Below are positions 41,301 through 54,000 of a stretch of DNA of 64,000 nucleotides, piece by piece (position 1 is the first letter of the stretch; each line of letters starts with the position of its first letter). The notes beneath the pieces are model-generated. The model did no database searches and was not told the DNA's origin. It saw nothing but the letters and a program-made list of their open reading frames with translations. Where the stretch lies: positions 62,001 to 126,000 of the forward strand of contig JAQGDQ010000504.1 in the NCBI GenBank assembly GCA_030141605.1, written 5' to 3'. The translations under genes and the position numbers were made by a program. Source of the stretch: Tubiluchus corallicola. Lineage: Eukaryota > Animalia > Priapulida.

Positions 41301-42838
41301 TCGGTTGTCGATACGTCAATTGAAGGAGATTCTAGCTCATAATTTTGTCATCTATAAAGGTTGCGTGGAAAAGTGGGAATTACAGGAACGAGTTAGGAGG
41401 CTGTTCAACGAAGCAGCTGCCGCTAAAGAAAAATGTAAGTTTATTTATGTGTGTCAAGGGGGGGGCGAGCGATCCGTAGTTGCAAGGTTTTGGGTTCAAG
41501 ATCTGGTTTTATCGCACAAATTTTCAGCACCTCCTCCATTATTTATCCGTCAGTCTTAAAGGACAAGAAGCGCGGGGTACCTGAAGTAGGTTTCAGAAAA
41601 GTCACCTTAAAAAATTATATTTCTTTACAGCAATTTTATGCATATATCGTACTCGTATTAAAAGAAATTTTCATTTTAAATCTCCCGCAATACTGTTCCG
41701 GCGCCGCCATTACATGACGTCACTACGCCACGTAAATCACCGGAAGAAAAGGAAATGTTAAATTATGTCCCAAAAAACTTTGCATACAAATCAACGTTAC
41801 TTAACATTTCGCTTACTGCTAGAAAGACTTATGTAACTAGAAAAGAAAATTATTAATTATTTAAAATGTTTTCACCAATTGGTAAAATGTCGCTGACTCA
41901 CCCTCCAGGGTGCGCCACTCACTAACCAAAAAACGTATTTTTAATCTTATTGTTAAGATGCAGTAATTTAAAATTTTATCTAGTTACTAATGTGTGCGCT
42001 ACGAATTCTCTGATTATTTTTTCAAATAATTTACTTAATATTATCTAAACTTGTTTCAAATGACTTATCGTCAAAATGGCTGCGTCTAACGGTCATCGCT
42101 GGAGTTTAAATTTACATGTTTTATACAGCGTTACTGCCGACGCAAGCCCTGCATGCAAAAAGGTAGTACATAAGTGGTATAAAATTTCAAGACGAATTTT
42201 TCAGTTTTATGTAAGCGGAGAGTTTTCTTGTGCTTACCATCTCTCGGTCTTCATGACGGTAACATTTACCTGTGACATTGTAGCCTATCACAACTTACGC
42301 AAGCTAATTTTTTATCGGTGAAGAAAGTTCCGAACATCAGAAAATCCTGTTTAAATCACACAGAAGTTGAGTTCTGTTAAAATGCTGCCATCTAGTGGCC
42401 AATTTTAAATTTTTTAATACTTAATTGTGAATTTGTAGCTATAATTCGATTTAGAGAGTAAATTATCCACATTAAAACAATCATTTGCCTTGAAACATCA
42501 TGTTTTAAAACCTTAAAAGGGACCCGTATCATTTTTCAGACCTGCACACAGTTCCGCACTTCCCGCACATGGTTCCGCACTTCCCGCACGTTGCGACTAG
42601 TATTTTTGTTTCTCATGACTTGTGTTTGTTTCCAGTGAGTTCTGCGGAACTGGGCAAGAGTTCAAGTACCAAAGACCCCGAGGACGGTTTATGTAAGATT
42701 TGCATGGACGCCGTCGTCGACTGCGTCCTACTGGACTGCGGTCACATGCTGACCTGCACCAACTGCGGCAAGCAGCTGAACGAGTGCCCGATCTGTCGAC
42801 AGTACGTCGTCCGCGTCGTTCACGTGTTTCGCTCATGA
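29361..42838 (+). CDS. RNF34: E3 ubiquitin ligase of the RNF34/rififylin (CARP) family, 436 aa; exons 29361-29501, 32965-33111, 36171-36392, 37514-37894, 41218-41434, 42636-42838
   Basis: All introns GT-AG, phases 0,0,0,0,1 join in frame (1311 nt). FYVE-like CEAC..CFEC..FCSRC..CHKC; SAP/HeH-like [19 protein letters not shown]; [26 protein letters not shown]; C-terminal [34 protein letters not shown]. Confidence 0.93.
29588..30196. repeat. (GAT/GGT)n compound microsatellite in intron 1 of RNF34
   Basis: Lies after the donor at 29501/29502. Confidence 0.92.
30560..30794. repeat. 78-bp tandem repeat x3
   Basis: CCGTTGCTAAC at ~30562, 30640 and 30718. Confidence 0.92.
31021..32014. repeat. ~35-42-bp minisatellite, ~24 copies (TTGATTGTAGTTGCAGCTACAACTGATTGTATCTGAAACTC)
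   Basis: Directly visible; unit has a quasi-palindromic core. Confidence 0.95.
32370..32830. mobile_element. hAT-type MITE
   Basis: TIRs CAGGGATGAGAAT / ATTCTCATCCCTG; TSD CCTATATG / CCTGTATG (7/8). Sister copy at 40484-41005; reversed fragment at ~49790-49980. Confidence 0.85.
33948..34401. mobile_element. piggyBac-type MITE
   Basis: TTAA|CCCTTTCA...TGAAAGGG|TTAA. Confidence 0.85.
34421..34932 (-). mobile_element. Possible solo LTR
   Basis: TGTAGTT...AACTACA 7-bp inverted termini; minus-strand TATA (~34676-34683) upstream of AATAAA (~34505-34510); no matching TSD seen. Confidence 0.35.
35222..35480. repeat. ~138-bp tandem duplication
   Basis: GTAAAATGGACTTTTGGCACAGCAG at 35228 and 35366. 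Confidence 0.8.
36548..36872. repeat. 32-bp minisatellite (CACRTGATTGGCTAACGAGAGCCTGATAGYCA), ~10 copies
   Basis: Directly visible; bracketed by a ~70-bp direct repeat (36470-36543 and 36872-36937). Confidence 0.9.
38011..38382. repeat. Second array of the same 32-bp minisatellite, ~12 copies
   Basis: Same unit as 36548-36872, in the next intron. Confidence 0.9.
38453..39004. repeat. Polypurine GA-rich tract
   Basis: Directly visible; source of E/R/G-rich and S/L/P-rich spurious ORFs. Confidence 0.95.
40484..41005. mobile_element. hAT-type MITE, longer sister of 32370-32830
   Basis: Near-identical body; TIRs CAGGGATGATAAT / ATTCTGATCCCTG. Confidence 0.82.
41560..42234. mobile_element. Second TTAA-type (Kolobok-like) element family
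   Basis: TTAA|AGGACAAGAA...TTCTTGTGCT; left end matches 15085-15126 and 21095-21138 reversed; right part matches 27990-28178 ending GTGCT|TTAA. Confidence 0.55.
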
Positions 42839-43350
42839 GCGCGCTACGACGTTGAGTTTCCAGTGTTTGGCTGTATTTTCCGCTACGTGTATATGCTACT
42901 CATCGTTACAATTTCAAAACCAAGTTTACTATCGTATTTCCGAATGTAAAAATTGTTTACCATTTGACTTACATATCCACATTTGGACTTACGTTGTCAT
43001 TTATGTATAATTTAGTTTTTTATTGTGATTTAATGTTATTATTCTAGGCAATTATGAAGTTGGATTATCACTAATTTATGTTCGTTATTTTAACCGTGAA
43101 ATTTGATCTGAGTAAACCAGCGGACGGCGGCCATCTTTAGTTGCGTTTTCCGCGCATTTGTCACGTGCTGCCATCTTTAGTTTGTTGTTGTCAACATCTG
43201 TTGTGCGCTGGAACGTGACATGAATTAGCGAAAATATATTTGTGTGTTCGATTTATTTCAATTAGCTGACGAATTCGTTTGATGTATGTATTGTCAGGCA
43301 TAGTGAAGCTGCTGATACTTTAGCCGTGAAACTTATGTATCCGTCCAAGT

Positions 43351-43900
43351 TGAACAATAGATGTCACCACCATGCAGTAATTTTTTAAAGGTCTTCACTG
43401 GTTATTTGCAAAATTCATGTAGATGAGTGTTTTGCTGAACAACAGATGTCACCACCATGCAGTAATTTTTTACAGGTCTTCACTAGTTATTTGCAAAATT
43501 CATGTTGATGAGTATGTAGTTGAACAATAGATGTCACCACCATGCAGTAATTTTCTAAAGGTCTTCACTGGTTATTTGCAAAATCCATGCAGATGAGTGT
43601 GTAGCTGAACAATAGATGTCACCACCATGCAGTAATTTTGTAAAGGTCTTCACTGGTTATTTGCAAAATCCATATAGATGAGTGTGTAGCTGAACAATAG
43701 ATGTCACCACCATGCAGTAATTTTTTAAAGGTCTTCACTGGTTATTACAATAGATGTCACCACCATGCAGTAATTTTCTAAAGGTCTTCACTGGTCAAGA
43801 AAAGGGGATCGAATTTCTATGTAAGGTGTGATTTTTCTTATGTCATGTGACTACTGCATGGTGGCGACATCTGTTGTTAACCAATACACTTATTTAGATG
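43351..43900. repeat. 85-bp tandem repeat x5 plus one inverted partial copy
   Basis: AAYAGATGTCACCACCATGCAG at 43356, 43441, 43526, 43611, 43696 and 43749; reverse copy at 43852-43878. Confidence 0.9.
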
Positions 43901-43947
43901 ATACAAAAAACTATTTTGTGTGAAGGTCAAAGAATCAAAGGTCAGTT

Positions 43948-44360
43948 CAGGGTTCCCAAAGAATTTTAAAATAAATTTCCCTGATGAAATATTGATTTTC
44001 CATGACCAAGATAAGCAGAAATTGCATTACCACTAAACATATTCAAACATTTCTGTGTATGAACATTCATACATGTACTGATATATAGTGTCGGCCAATC
44101 ATTATTTTTGGAACAGAAATTGAAACTGTGAACCTGTCGTAGCAAAATTTTATTTGTTGAACACGAATCGCTGAAAAATATGTTTGAAAAAATATCAGTT
44201 CACTGTGATTATTTTTACAACCCTTTTCCATTTCCCTGACTTTTCGCCCCATTTTCATCGTTTTTCCTGACTTTTTACCAAATTATCCTTTCCCTGACTT
44301 TTCCATGATTTTCCAGGATAGCCTGTATTCTCAAGGATTTTCCCTGACCATGGAAACCAT
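43948..44360. mobile_element. hAT-like MITE (CAGGGTTCCCA termini)
   Basis: Sister copy at 46943-47370 ending GGGAACCCTG. Confidence 0.7.
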
Positions 44361-44385
44361 CATCCTTCATTTGACTTATCAGTAC

Positions 44386-44756
44386 CAGGGGTGAGCATTC
44401 TCTATCAAAAGGTGAATGCGAAATGATTTTTTGACTTTCGAATCCAAATTGAAATCGAAGCGGGTTTTAAAGATTTTCGAATTAACTTTTTAATCTTTAA
44501 CAAAAGGCAGTGTCACAAGGATCTTGCATATTGCTCGATTTTGTTCTGCAGTAAAAACACTAATAATTTGCTAGAAATTCTGCACAGAAATCACAGCTAA
44601 ATTATGCTGATGGCACGATGTTTCAAACGTTTTAATGATAAAGAACGTATGTGGCTGAAGTGCTGAATTATTCAAATCCGTAATTCTAGGTTCGAATTAC
44701 TCAAATTAAGAAGTCTTCTTTTCTAATCGAATTCAAACGTTCGATGCTCACCCCTG
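44386..44756. mobile_element. hAT-like MITE
   Basis: TIRs CAGGGGTGAGCAT / ATGCTCACCCCTG; flanks ATCAGTAC / ATTATTAC (6/8); reversed relatives at ~37230-37430 and ~40010-40345. Confidence 0.72.
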
Positions 44757-45126
44757 ATTATTACGCCAGTTTGCTGTCATCAACAACGACGACGACAACA
44801 ACAACAGCAGTTATCAGCTGTAGCTTTCAACATTGGCAAACAGCGTTTGACGACTGATATAAAATGAAAATCGCACCATCTAGTCACTTGGACGGGTGAA
44901 AGAACATCAAATTCCAAACAATCAGATAAAATGTCAAAAACTTTCATAAAACGTGGCTATGCACATAGTAATAAAATATGAAAAATGAATACATTAAATA
45001 TGTCAGTATGTAAAATATAAAAAAAATAAATTGAACTCAATTCTCGTGCTATTGCTATACTGTATCATTTCTGATCTTACTGTAGCTGGTAGCTAAACTT
45101 TCTCTTATTTTACTTCCACACTTCAA

Positions 45127-45858
45127 CTCTTTCAGGACCGTAAGCGTTTGCTGCAATTTGCATGGCTTCATGAAAAACTGCTCTCACTAAGCAGCGATTA
45201 TGTTATGTTTAATAACTTTTGTAGGTTTCTACTCCTTCAATTAATGGATTTTCATGCAAAATTATACTTGAAATGCATTTGTTTACCTTGGACAAATTAA
45301 AAATTGATTTTTGATGAATAAATTCTAAAAAACATTTGAGTAACTGCAGTGTTTGCACTGTAACAATGTACAGTATCACTTGTGTGAAATCAGTTAATGC
45401 AGAAAATTTCAACTATCCAGACACAACACTTTGATAAACTTTGACCTCAAGTCTACTCTATTTTTAATGAGAAATTCCTGTTAAAAGACAAAACGGCCTT
45501 AATTTCTGCTTGACTGATCGGTTGGTTTTTCCTGGAATAGCAGCAGAACGCTGCACAATTTAGGATGTAGCAATCAGGCCATCAATAAAATAGTGTGTAC
45601 GATCACACAAGTGTACACCAGACTAAGCTACTCAATAGGCTAAGTTGGAGTGCCTGAAAAGGGTGCGTTTTTCTTAATTTTACCTAATAATTAAATCACT
45701 TATAAATGTGTAAACAAACAGCACGCTTGGATAGCCGAGATTCTCCTGAATAGAACAGTATGTAATTTGTAATCATTTAGTTATGTCTGTGCTGATACAG
45801 TAGCAGAAAACTCAAGGGTCTTATAAGATTTATTTTAAATGGTGAGATCCTGAAAGAG
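45127..45858. mobile_element. piggyBac-type MITE
   Basis: TCAA|CTCTTTCAGGA...TCCTGAAAGAG|TTAA. Confidence 0.7.
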
Positions 45859-46141
45859 TTAATATCGGAAGCACATATAACAGCACGTTATCTATGAGTA
45901 AATTATTCAAGCTATATGAAATGGTAATCTTAATGCTTACACTTCCAATGAGTAATTGCTGCTTTCCTAAATTTAAGAACCGAAAGTTTTGCCTCTTAGA
46001 ATCTTAAACATAACAGTTTTAAAGCTTCAGTTCACATCTTACCTGAAACACTAACAGTTCTAGAATATTTATTAGTACGAAATTCTGAATGTATCGTAAT
46101 TTGCAGTTTTGGAAATTTTACTCGTATGGTGGTCAGTACTA

Positions 46142-46625
46142 CAGTAAACTACGTATAATTCGACCCGTAATAACTCGAATTCTTCCGTATCTCGAACAGA
46201 TCTCGTGGAACAGATTTTCACTTTCAAATTTCTCTTTACCGAACGTCGCGTTACTTGAAATCTGTAACTCGAATTATCTAGTAACTCAAACCGAATTCCA
46301 GGTACAATTTATAAGAATCTAACTGAAATTAGCGCGCCAATTTGAACTCGAGTCTACAACATCCTCGCTAGCGATAAATCCTACGCAATTTGAACTGCTC
46401 GTTTTAGCAAAAATGCTAAGATTTCTTGTATTACCTTAGCAAAATGCTTCACACAACGTGGCTTAACAAAAGTGCTTTAATAACTAGATCATAATATTAT
46501 CACTGGTCTAACTCGTGATGAGTGACTCAATCTTGTTTTCTTGCAAACATTGTCTAACTCGTACCCTCGCATAACTAGAACACGTTATCCGGCCCCGATG
46601 TGTTTGAGTCATACGTAGTTTCCTG
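46142..46625. mobile_element. Tc1/mariner(pogo)-type MITE
   Basis: TA|CAGTAAACTACGTAT...ATACGTAGTTTCCTG|TA. Confidence 0.8.
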
Positions 46626-46942
46626 TAATTTCAAAGCAAGGCTTTGTCTGAAAACTCACACTAAAATTTTACCCCCACTGTCAGCCCCAAGCCACGTTTT
46701 CAAATGTCTAACACGTGCAGTTCACTTCAAGATAACAACTTAACTTAAGAAAATTAAAGTAAATATGACAAGTAATTGATAATACTGCCCAAGTGTTAAC
46801 TCTTTGGTAACAATCGTTTAAAACTCGAAAAGAATCACAGATTAATGAGATCGTATCGGAAAAATCAGACGACATTCATTCCCAAACAGATAATTACGTA
46901 ATTACATACAGTGCAGCAAGTATTAAACATTGATATGAAAAT

Positions 46943-47370
46943 TCGGGGTTCCCACAGAATTTTGAAATAAATTTCCCGGACTTTTCCCCCCGACCAAATA
47001 TTGATTTTCCATGACCAAGATAAGCAGAAACTGCATTACCAGTACACACATTCAAACATTTTTGTGTATGGACATTCATACATGTACTGATATATAATGT
47101 GTCGGCCAATCATTATTTTTGGAACAGAAATCGAAACTGGGAACCTGTCATAGCGAAATTTTTATTTGAACACGAAACGCTGAAAAATATGTTTGGAAAA
47201 ATATCTGTTCCTGGTGATTATTTTTGCAACCCTTTTCAATATTCCTGACTTTTTGCCCCAGTTTCATTATTTTCCCTAAATTTTTACCAAATTATCCTTT
47301 TCTCTGATTTTTAATGAGTTTCCAGGATAGCCTGTATTTTCCAGGATTTTCCCTGACCGTGGGAACCCTG
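46943..47370. mobile_element. hAT-like MITE, sister of 43948-44360
   Basis: Collinear similarity; GGGTTCCCAC / GTGGGAACCC termini. Confidence 0.72.
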
Positions 47371-48002
47371 TATGATAAAAACTTGTGTAATCGTGTAATT
47401 TGCAGCTCTGAAGCTTCTCAGATGTGTTTCCTCCACAGCTGATGGTCTTGTGTCCTCCGTAATGAAGACACCCAAGTGGCAACAACCTGTTAAAGGAAAA
47501 CATCATTAATTTCTTTATTATCCTGCATTTTAACACCTACGCCGAACTGGTGTTGACATCACAAACTAACAATTTTCAACAGCACAAACATTTCACGAGC
47601 ATGTTGTGCGCGTGTTTGTAAAATCCAATATATACATATAATATAGGAACAGCTTAATCTAGTTTTCTTATTTCTGATGTTTCTGATTCTTGATTAAACA
47701 TACGTTAAAAACTTAATTAATGGCAGGAGAATCAAACTGGTGTTCACATCACAAACTAACATAATTTTCAACAGCACAAACATTCCACGAGCATGTTGCG
47801 CGTGTTTGTGAAATCTAATATATACATATAATATATCAACAGCTTAATCTAGTTTTCTTATTAAAGCTTGCAAATGTTAACTCAATTGTGTATTGTGATA
47901 CATATCGTATCGTGAGGTTAGAATCGCGATATGTATGGTATCGTGACTTAGGTGTATCGTTGCAGCCTTAATTCGTAACATCAGGTTTATCATACCTCTT
48001 TT

Positions 48003-51000
48003 TTAATCACTGGTAGACGACTCCTCCTCGCTCTTTCGGACCGTCTCGGTCAGCTCCTGCTGGCAGTTAGAACAAAAATGAAGTGTTGCAGATCAAAGTG
48101 CAAAAGTTAACACAAAGATACAAAATTCTCCATCCAACAAGTAAGTAAATAAGTTAAGTATTTGTCTCTACATTTTTACAAAGTGAAAATAAACAAAAGC
48201 AAAAAACTAAAATAATGACAGAAAGAGATGGGTGGCTGTAACTATGACCTGTAACTGATTTACCATTGATTATCTATGACTTAGGTTTCCCTGTATATAG
48301 AACCGGTATGGCTTTTGTGCAGTCGTACTGTCACTTACCGAGAGCCTGGAATTTCGTCGAATTTTTCGGTTGGTTGATGTGATACTTATCACGCCATCTA
48401 CCCACGTCTTTGAGAAAGAAATGTGGTTAAGAACGAGCGAGCGATGACGAATTCGCCATCATCGGTGTAGTTTTGGTGTTACTTTACTTCCGGTTTGTTG
48501 AATCACCTGGGAGTAAACCTCACGAAACAGCGTAAGAATCGGATTAAAGGTTCCAAACTAATAAATGGTTTACTATACTATTGATTATTGATTATTATTA
48601 TTCACTCACTGAACGAGTTGAATTCAGACCGGTTTGCATATCACAAGTCGTCAAATTTAAGAAATGTGTTAGAATTGGCATTCATCGTCACTCATAGTGG
48701 CAAAAAGACCAATGGTCACTAGGTCAGCCACCCCTTCCCAAGTTTAAAGTGACCTGTCAAGCGGGTGGACACAAATAAATAATAATCAACAATTTCAGGG
48801 CAAAAAAAGAAAATAAAAACAACTTGGCAATACTTGAGGTAAATTCAAATGAGTTTAAAATTAGAAATGGCAAACAGTAAGCAAATATGGCAAATGAGAT
48901 TAGACGAAATTAAAATTAGTTTGAATAAAACAAAAAGTTTGAATTTAAATGAAGAGATTCAATCTGTGTGCAATAGTGGGATCAAACACCCCGGAAAGAG
49001 CAGGGATCAAACACCCCGGAAAGAGCAGGGATCAAACACACATTAAGATGGTTAAACATTGAAGCAAATTCTTTATCTTTTTGTGTGCCTATGAAGTAAA
49101 CCCTAAAAAGCCAGACACAGTACTGCACCCTGAGGCGACTCATCCATTCACTAACCAGCATTAATGTCGCTTACCTTGGTTGCTAATCAAACACCACGGG
49201 ACCACTTAGTCAATCTCCTCACCTGACAAACACAGACACACAAGGAAGCCATACAATTTAGATCAAAATCAGCCTCTGATTTACCTGAACCTTGTAGCCA
49301 CTCATCCATTCACTAACCAGCATCAATGTCGCTTACCGTGGTTGCTAAGCAAACACCACGAGACCACTCAGTCAATCTCCTCACCTAACAAACACAGACA
49401 CACAAGGAAGCCACACAATTTAGATCAAATCAGCCTCTGATTTACCTCGAATCTTTTCCGCCAGTCCGAAAAGGCTTCGCTGTTATCCCGATGTTGCCTC
49501 AGCAGCTTGTCTAGAGTTCTTTGTAACTCGTCCATTTGTTTCGCCAACGACAGACACTCCGCGTGCTTGTGATCCAACCTCTCACGCACAATCCTATAAA
49601 GAGGGTGACAAGTTTGAAGTAAAAGAAAGAAAAGTACAACTGCACTCACTCAATAAAAATTGAAACATATTACACTCGTGTCTCGGTTTGCCAGAAAAAA
49701 GCGGGGAAGCGTCGATCCGAATTTACCGATAGTTTGTATTTACCGATACTAAGCTAATACAGTAAGCAGTGTGCATTAGACTAATCGTAATGTAGAATCA
49801 ATTGCCTAATTGTCTGAAAAACGTCCAGTACAGGCCACTCCTATGCAAAAGTATATAAAAATTGTCAACAATTGACTCTATATTTTTGTACATAGGGACA
49901 CACATGTGGTTACACTGATGTACGCAGTGTAAACAAAGGGAGGATCCGCCAACTAGCGGTCAGCTCGCGAAATAACGGCCTGTGTTCGTATTATGCTAGA
50001 CTTTTAACGGATCACATTTTGTCTGAATTTTCCGATATCCGTAAAAGCGAAGTCCGACAAACCGAGATATGAATGAATATAACAGAATCTCTAGAAATGT
50101 ACAGCAACATACTCAGAACCAACATGTCTGAAGCTATTCACCTTTCAATGGCACCAAGAAGAAAAGTTTTGATCTTGCTCGATTCAATACTGAACATTTC
50201 TAGTATTACAAAATGAACAGTTCAATATGCACATTACAGACACGACGGCAAAAAGAGCAAAATCTCATCCTTGCAACTGCCCAGTTTTGCTAGTAAAAAA
50301 ACAGGGCTGTGGAGTCGGTACATTAAACTCCTCACCCTGGCTCCGACTCTGACTCCTAGAATTTTAGGAGCTTGAACTGTTAACTCCAACTCCTGCTTTA
50401 AGTAATACTTTCTAGTATTCTCAATATTTAGCTACAGTGGCATTTCATCACTAGTTCTTATGCTCGAAAAACAGCCTAGCTGCATAGACACCAATACGAA
50501 AGCTTCCCAAGATGGGACGTTAAGCATATATGTGTTGAAAATTAAAAGAAACTGGCACTTGAGTTTGTCTGTTTCTGACAATAAGTGTACTCCCGAGTCC
50601 CGACTCCAACTCCTAAATCCTAAGTTTTAACAACTCCGACTCCTTTAGCAGTAAATTTACTGCCGACTCCGACTCCGCAACCCTGGTAAAATACAGTGCA
50701 AAACTCGAGTAGTTATAACATGTGTAGAAAACTTACTCCAGAAAATTCCAGATAAACCGTGAGGCCCATAACATTAGAGTAACTTAAATCATAGCCAACT
50801 CTGTCAGACTTACCTGAAGGGCTACTCTAAATTGTGTGCAGTTTCAACTCCTCTTTTTTCATTCTGAACAAAAGAGCATCACAGCAGTAATCAACAAAAA
50901 TGGTGGATTCTTGAATATGCATATAATGCTAATGCATCATTTGTAATTTGTTAATTAATATTCAACACAGAAATGAAACCACTCACCTGTTGGCTTCCTC

Positions 51001-54000
51001 TTCTTCAACCAAACACTGCTTTAACTTGAGCAGTTCTTTCTGCTTCTGGTCAACATGCTCCCTCAGATCGTTGATTATAGCCTCTTTTTGGCGAAGAAGT
51101 TGCGTAAATTTGTCCAATTCCTCTGTGCGATCAACCACAACCCTTTGAATGTCACCTAGTTCTGCTTCATTAGTTGCTAATGACACTTTTAATTGGTCAC
51201 GTTCAACTGCTGTTTCCCGAAGCAATATTTCACACTTGTCCGCAGTCTGCTCCTTTACGGCTAAATTTTCTTGCAAGTGCCGCAATGCATTTTCTTTGTC
51301 GATCAGTTCAGTCTTTGCTTTGTTTAGTTCTGCACACGTACTTTTGATGAATTCATCAAGAGAAGCAATATCTTCGTTCTTCTCTTTCAAGCGAATCTGA
51401 TGGTATTCGATGTTTCGGAGAAGCTCCTTTTCATGTTGCTGGGCGACATGAAGCTCCTCTTCACGTGTAAATAAAAGATCTCTTATGTAAGTAAGTTCTT
51501 GTTTGGTTTCCTGCCAAGTTTCTTTGGCTTGTTCCAATGAATGCACAGATTGTTCTAACGCTTTTATTTGATATGTTTTTTCTGCTAGATTTGTGTGCAG
51601 GAATTCAAATTCTTCTTCCTTGAAATCCAAGTCAGCACATGTATCATGTAATTGTTGGACTTTGTCCTGCAAAATGGCTATCGTGTGTTCTTTCAATGCA
51701 ATATCTGCTTGCAGACTTTCAAAGGATGTTTCTTGCTTTTCAATGACACCAAGTACTAAATCTTGCAGCAGTGAAGCCAGTTCGTGTGTTTGCGATAAAG
51801 CCATTTGTACTGGAAGATCCTTGTCGTCCAAATTATCTGTCCTATCTTCACCAACATTTTGATTATCATCTTCACATGTATCTGAGCTCAGTTTCTTTAA
51901 ATGTCTCTGCACGTTAGCAAGTAAAACCTTAAACTCAGAAATACGCGCCTTCAATGCATTCTCTTCAGCAATATGTTGTGCCTTTAAGGCTTCGGTTTCT
52001 TCAACTAAACTACTTTTGTCATCACAAACAGTTTTCAGATCTGCTTCCAAACTAGCATTTTTTCTTAACAGTTCGTTCACTCTATCTTCACAAGATGTTT
52101 GCACTTCAGACATGTTAGTGTCATAGTTTACTCTAAACTCTTTCAGTGAAGCTGTCAGCTCATCAATTTGTGATGTTAAACACGTCTTCTCCTCTTCCAA
52201 ATCTGCAATCTTCTGTGACAATTCTATTTTTTCCTGTGCAATTGCATCTATCCGAGTTTTCACATTAGTTTCCCTCAGACTGTAGTCATCACATATATCT
52301 TCTAGTTCTTTCATTTTTTCACGTAGTTCGATTATCGCCTCGTCTTTTGACAAAAGAGTCTCTTGCAGACTATTGATAAAGCCTGAACTTTGTGCTTCTT
52401 GTTCTGGTATGGAAGTAGTAAGATCAAGAACTAAATCCTGCAGGACTGAAGCCAATTTGTACGTTTGAGATAAAATCGTTAGCAGTGGAAGATCCTTGTT
52501 ATCCAAATTATCTTTGTCATCTTCGACCTCTTGGTGGTCATCTTTACATGTACCTGGCCTCAATCTTTTTAAATGCTTCTGTACAATAATGAGTAAAAAC
52601 TGAACCTGAGAAACATGTGCCTTTATAACACTGTCATTTACAATACGCTGTGCCTTTAGTGCTTCAGTTTTTTCAGCTAAACTACTTTTGCTGTCATTAA
52701 CAGCTTTCAGATCTGCTTCCAAACTGGTAATTTTTCTTAACAGTTCATTCACTCTATCTTCACAAGAAGCTTGTACTTGAGATATGTTAGTGTCATAGTT
52801 TACTTTAACCTCTTTCAGTGAAGCTGTCAGCTCGTTAATTTGTGATGTTAAGCATGTCCTCTCTTCTTCCAAATCTGCTATCTTCCGTGATAATTCTATT
52901 TTTTCCTGTGCAATTGCATCTATCTGAGTTTTCACATTAGTTTCCCTCAGACTGTAGTCATTACAAATATCTTCTAGTTCTTTCATTTTTTCATGTAGTT
53001 CGATTATCTCCTCGTCTTTTGACAAAAGAGTCTCTTGCAGACTATTGACAAAGCCTGAACTTTGTGCTTTTTGTTCTGGTATGGAAGTAGTAAGATCAAG
53101 AACTAAATCCTGCAGTACTGAAGCCGATTCAAACGTTTGCGCTAAGATCATCTGTAGTGATAGATCCTTGCTATCCAAATCACCTTTCTGGTCTTCAACA
53201 ACATCTTCATCATCACCTTCACATGTCTCTGATCTCAGTTTTCTTAACTGCTTCTGAATATTAGCAAGTGACTTCCTAAAATCAGAAATGCATGCTTTCA
53301 AAGAACTGTCCGTTGAATTAAGTTCAGATTTTAAAGCCTCAGTTTCTTCAACTAATCTAGTTTTGCTCTCACTAACAGCCTTCAGTTCTGCTTCTAAAAT
53401 GGTAACATTTCTCAGTAATTCATTCACTCTATTGCTGTGAGCAGCTTGAACTTCAAACATTTTGTTGTCATAGTTTACCTCAATATCTTTGGCTGAAGCA
53501 GTTAGTTCACCAAGCTGCAACATTAAACATGATTTCTGTTGTTCCAAACATGCAATCTTCTGTGACAATTCTATTTTTTCCTGTGTAACTGCATCTATCT
53601 GACTTTTCATATAAGTTTCCCTCTGATTAGAGTCAATGCAAATGTCTTCTAGTTCTCTAATTCTTTCATGTAGAGTTGCTATCAGTTGCTCTGTTGACAA
53701 AAGATTGTTTTCTAGGTTTTTGTTTTCTAGACTTTGGGCATCTTCTTCTTGTTTGGAAACAGTGAGCTCAAGGACCAGATCCTGTAACAGTGAACCCTGT
53801 TGATGCACTTGCAATAAAAGTTTTTGTAGAGAAAGGTCTTGATTACTCAAGTCATCTTTCTGATCTTCATTGATCGCTTGATCATCACTTTCACATGTTT
53901 CTGATCTCAGTTTTTTTAATTGCTTCTGCACGTTAGCAAGCAAATTCTTAAACTCAGAAATGTGTTCTTTCAAAGCACAGTTGTCTGCAGTAAGTTGTGC

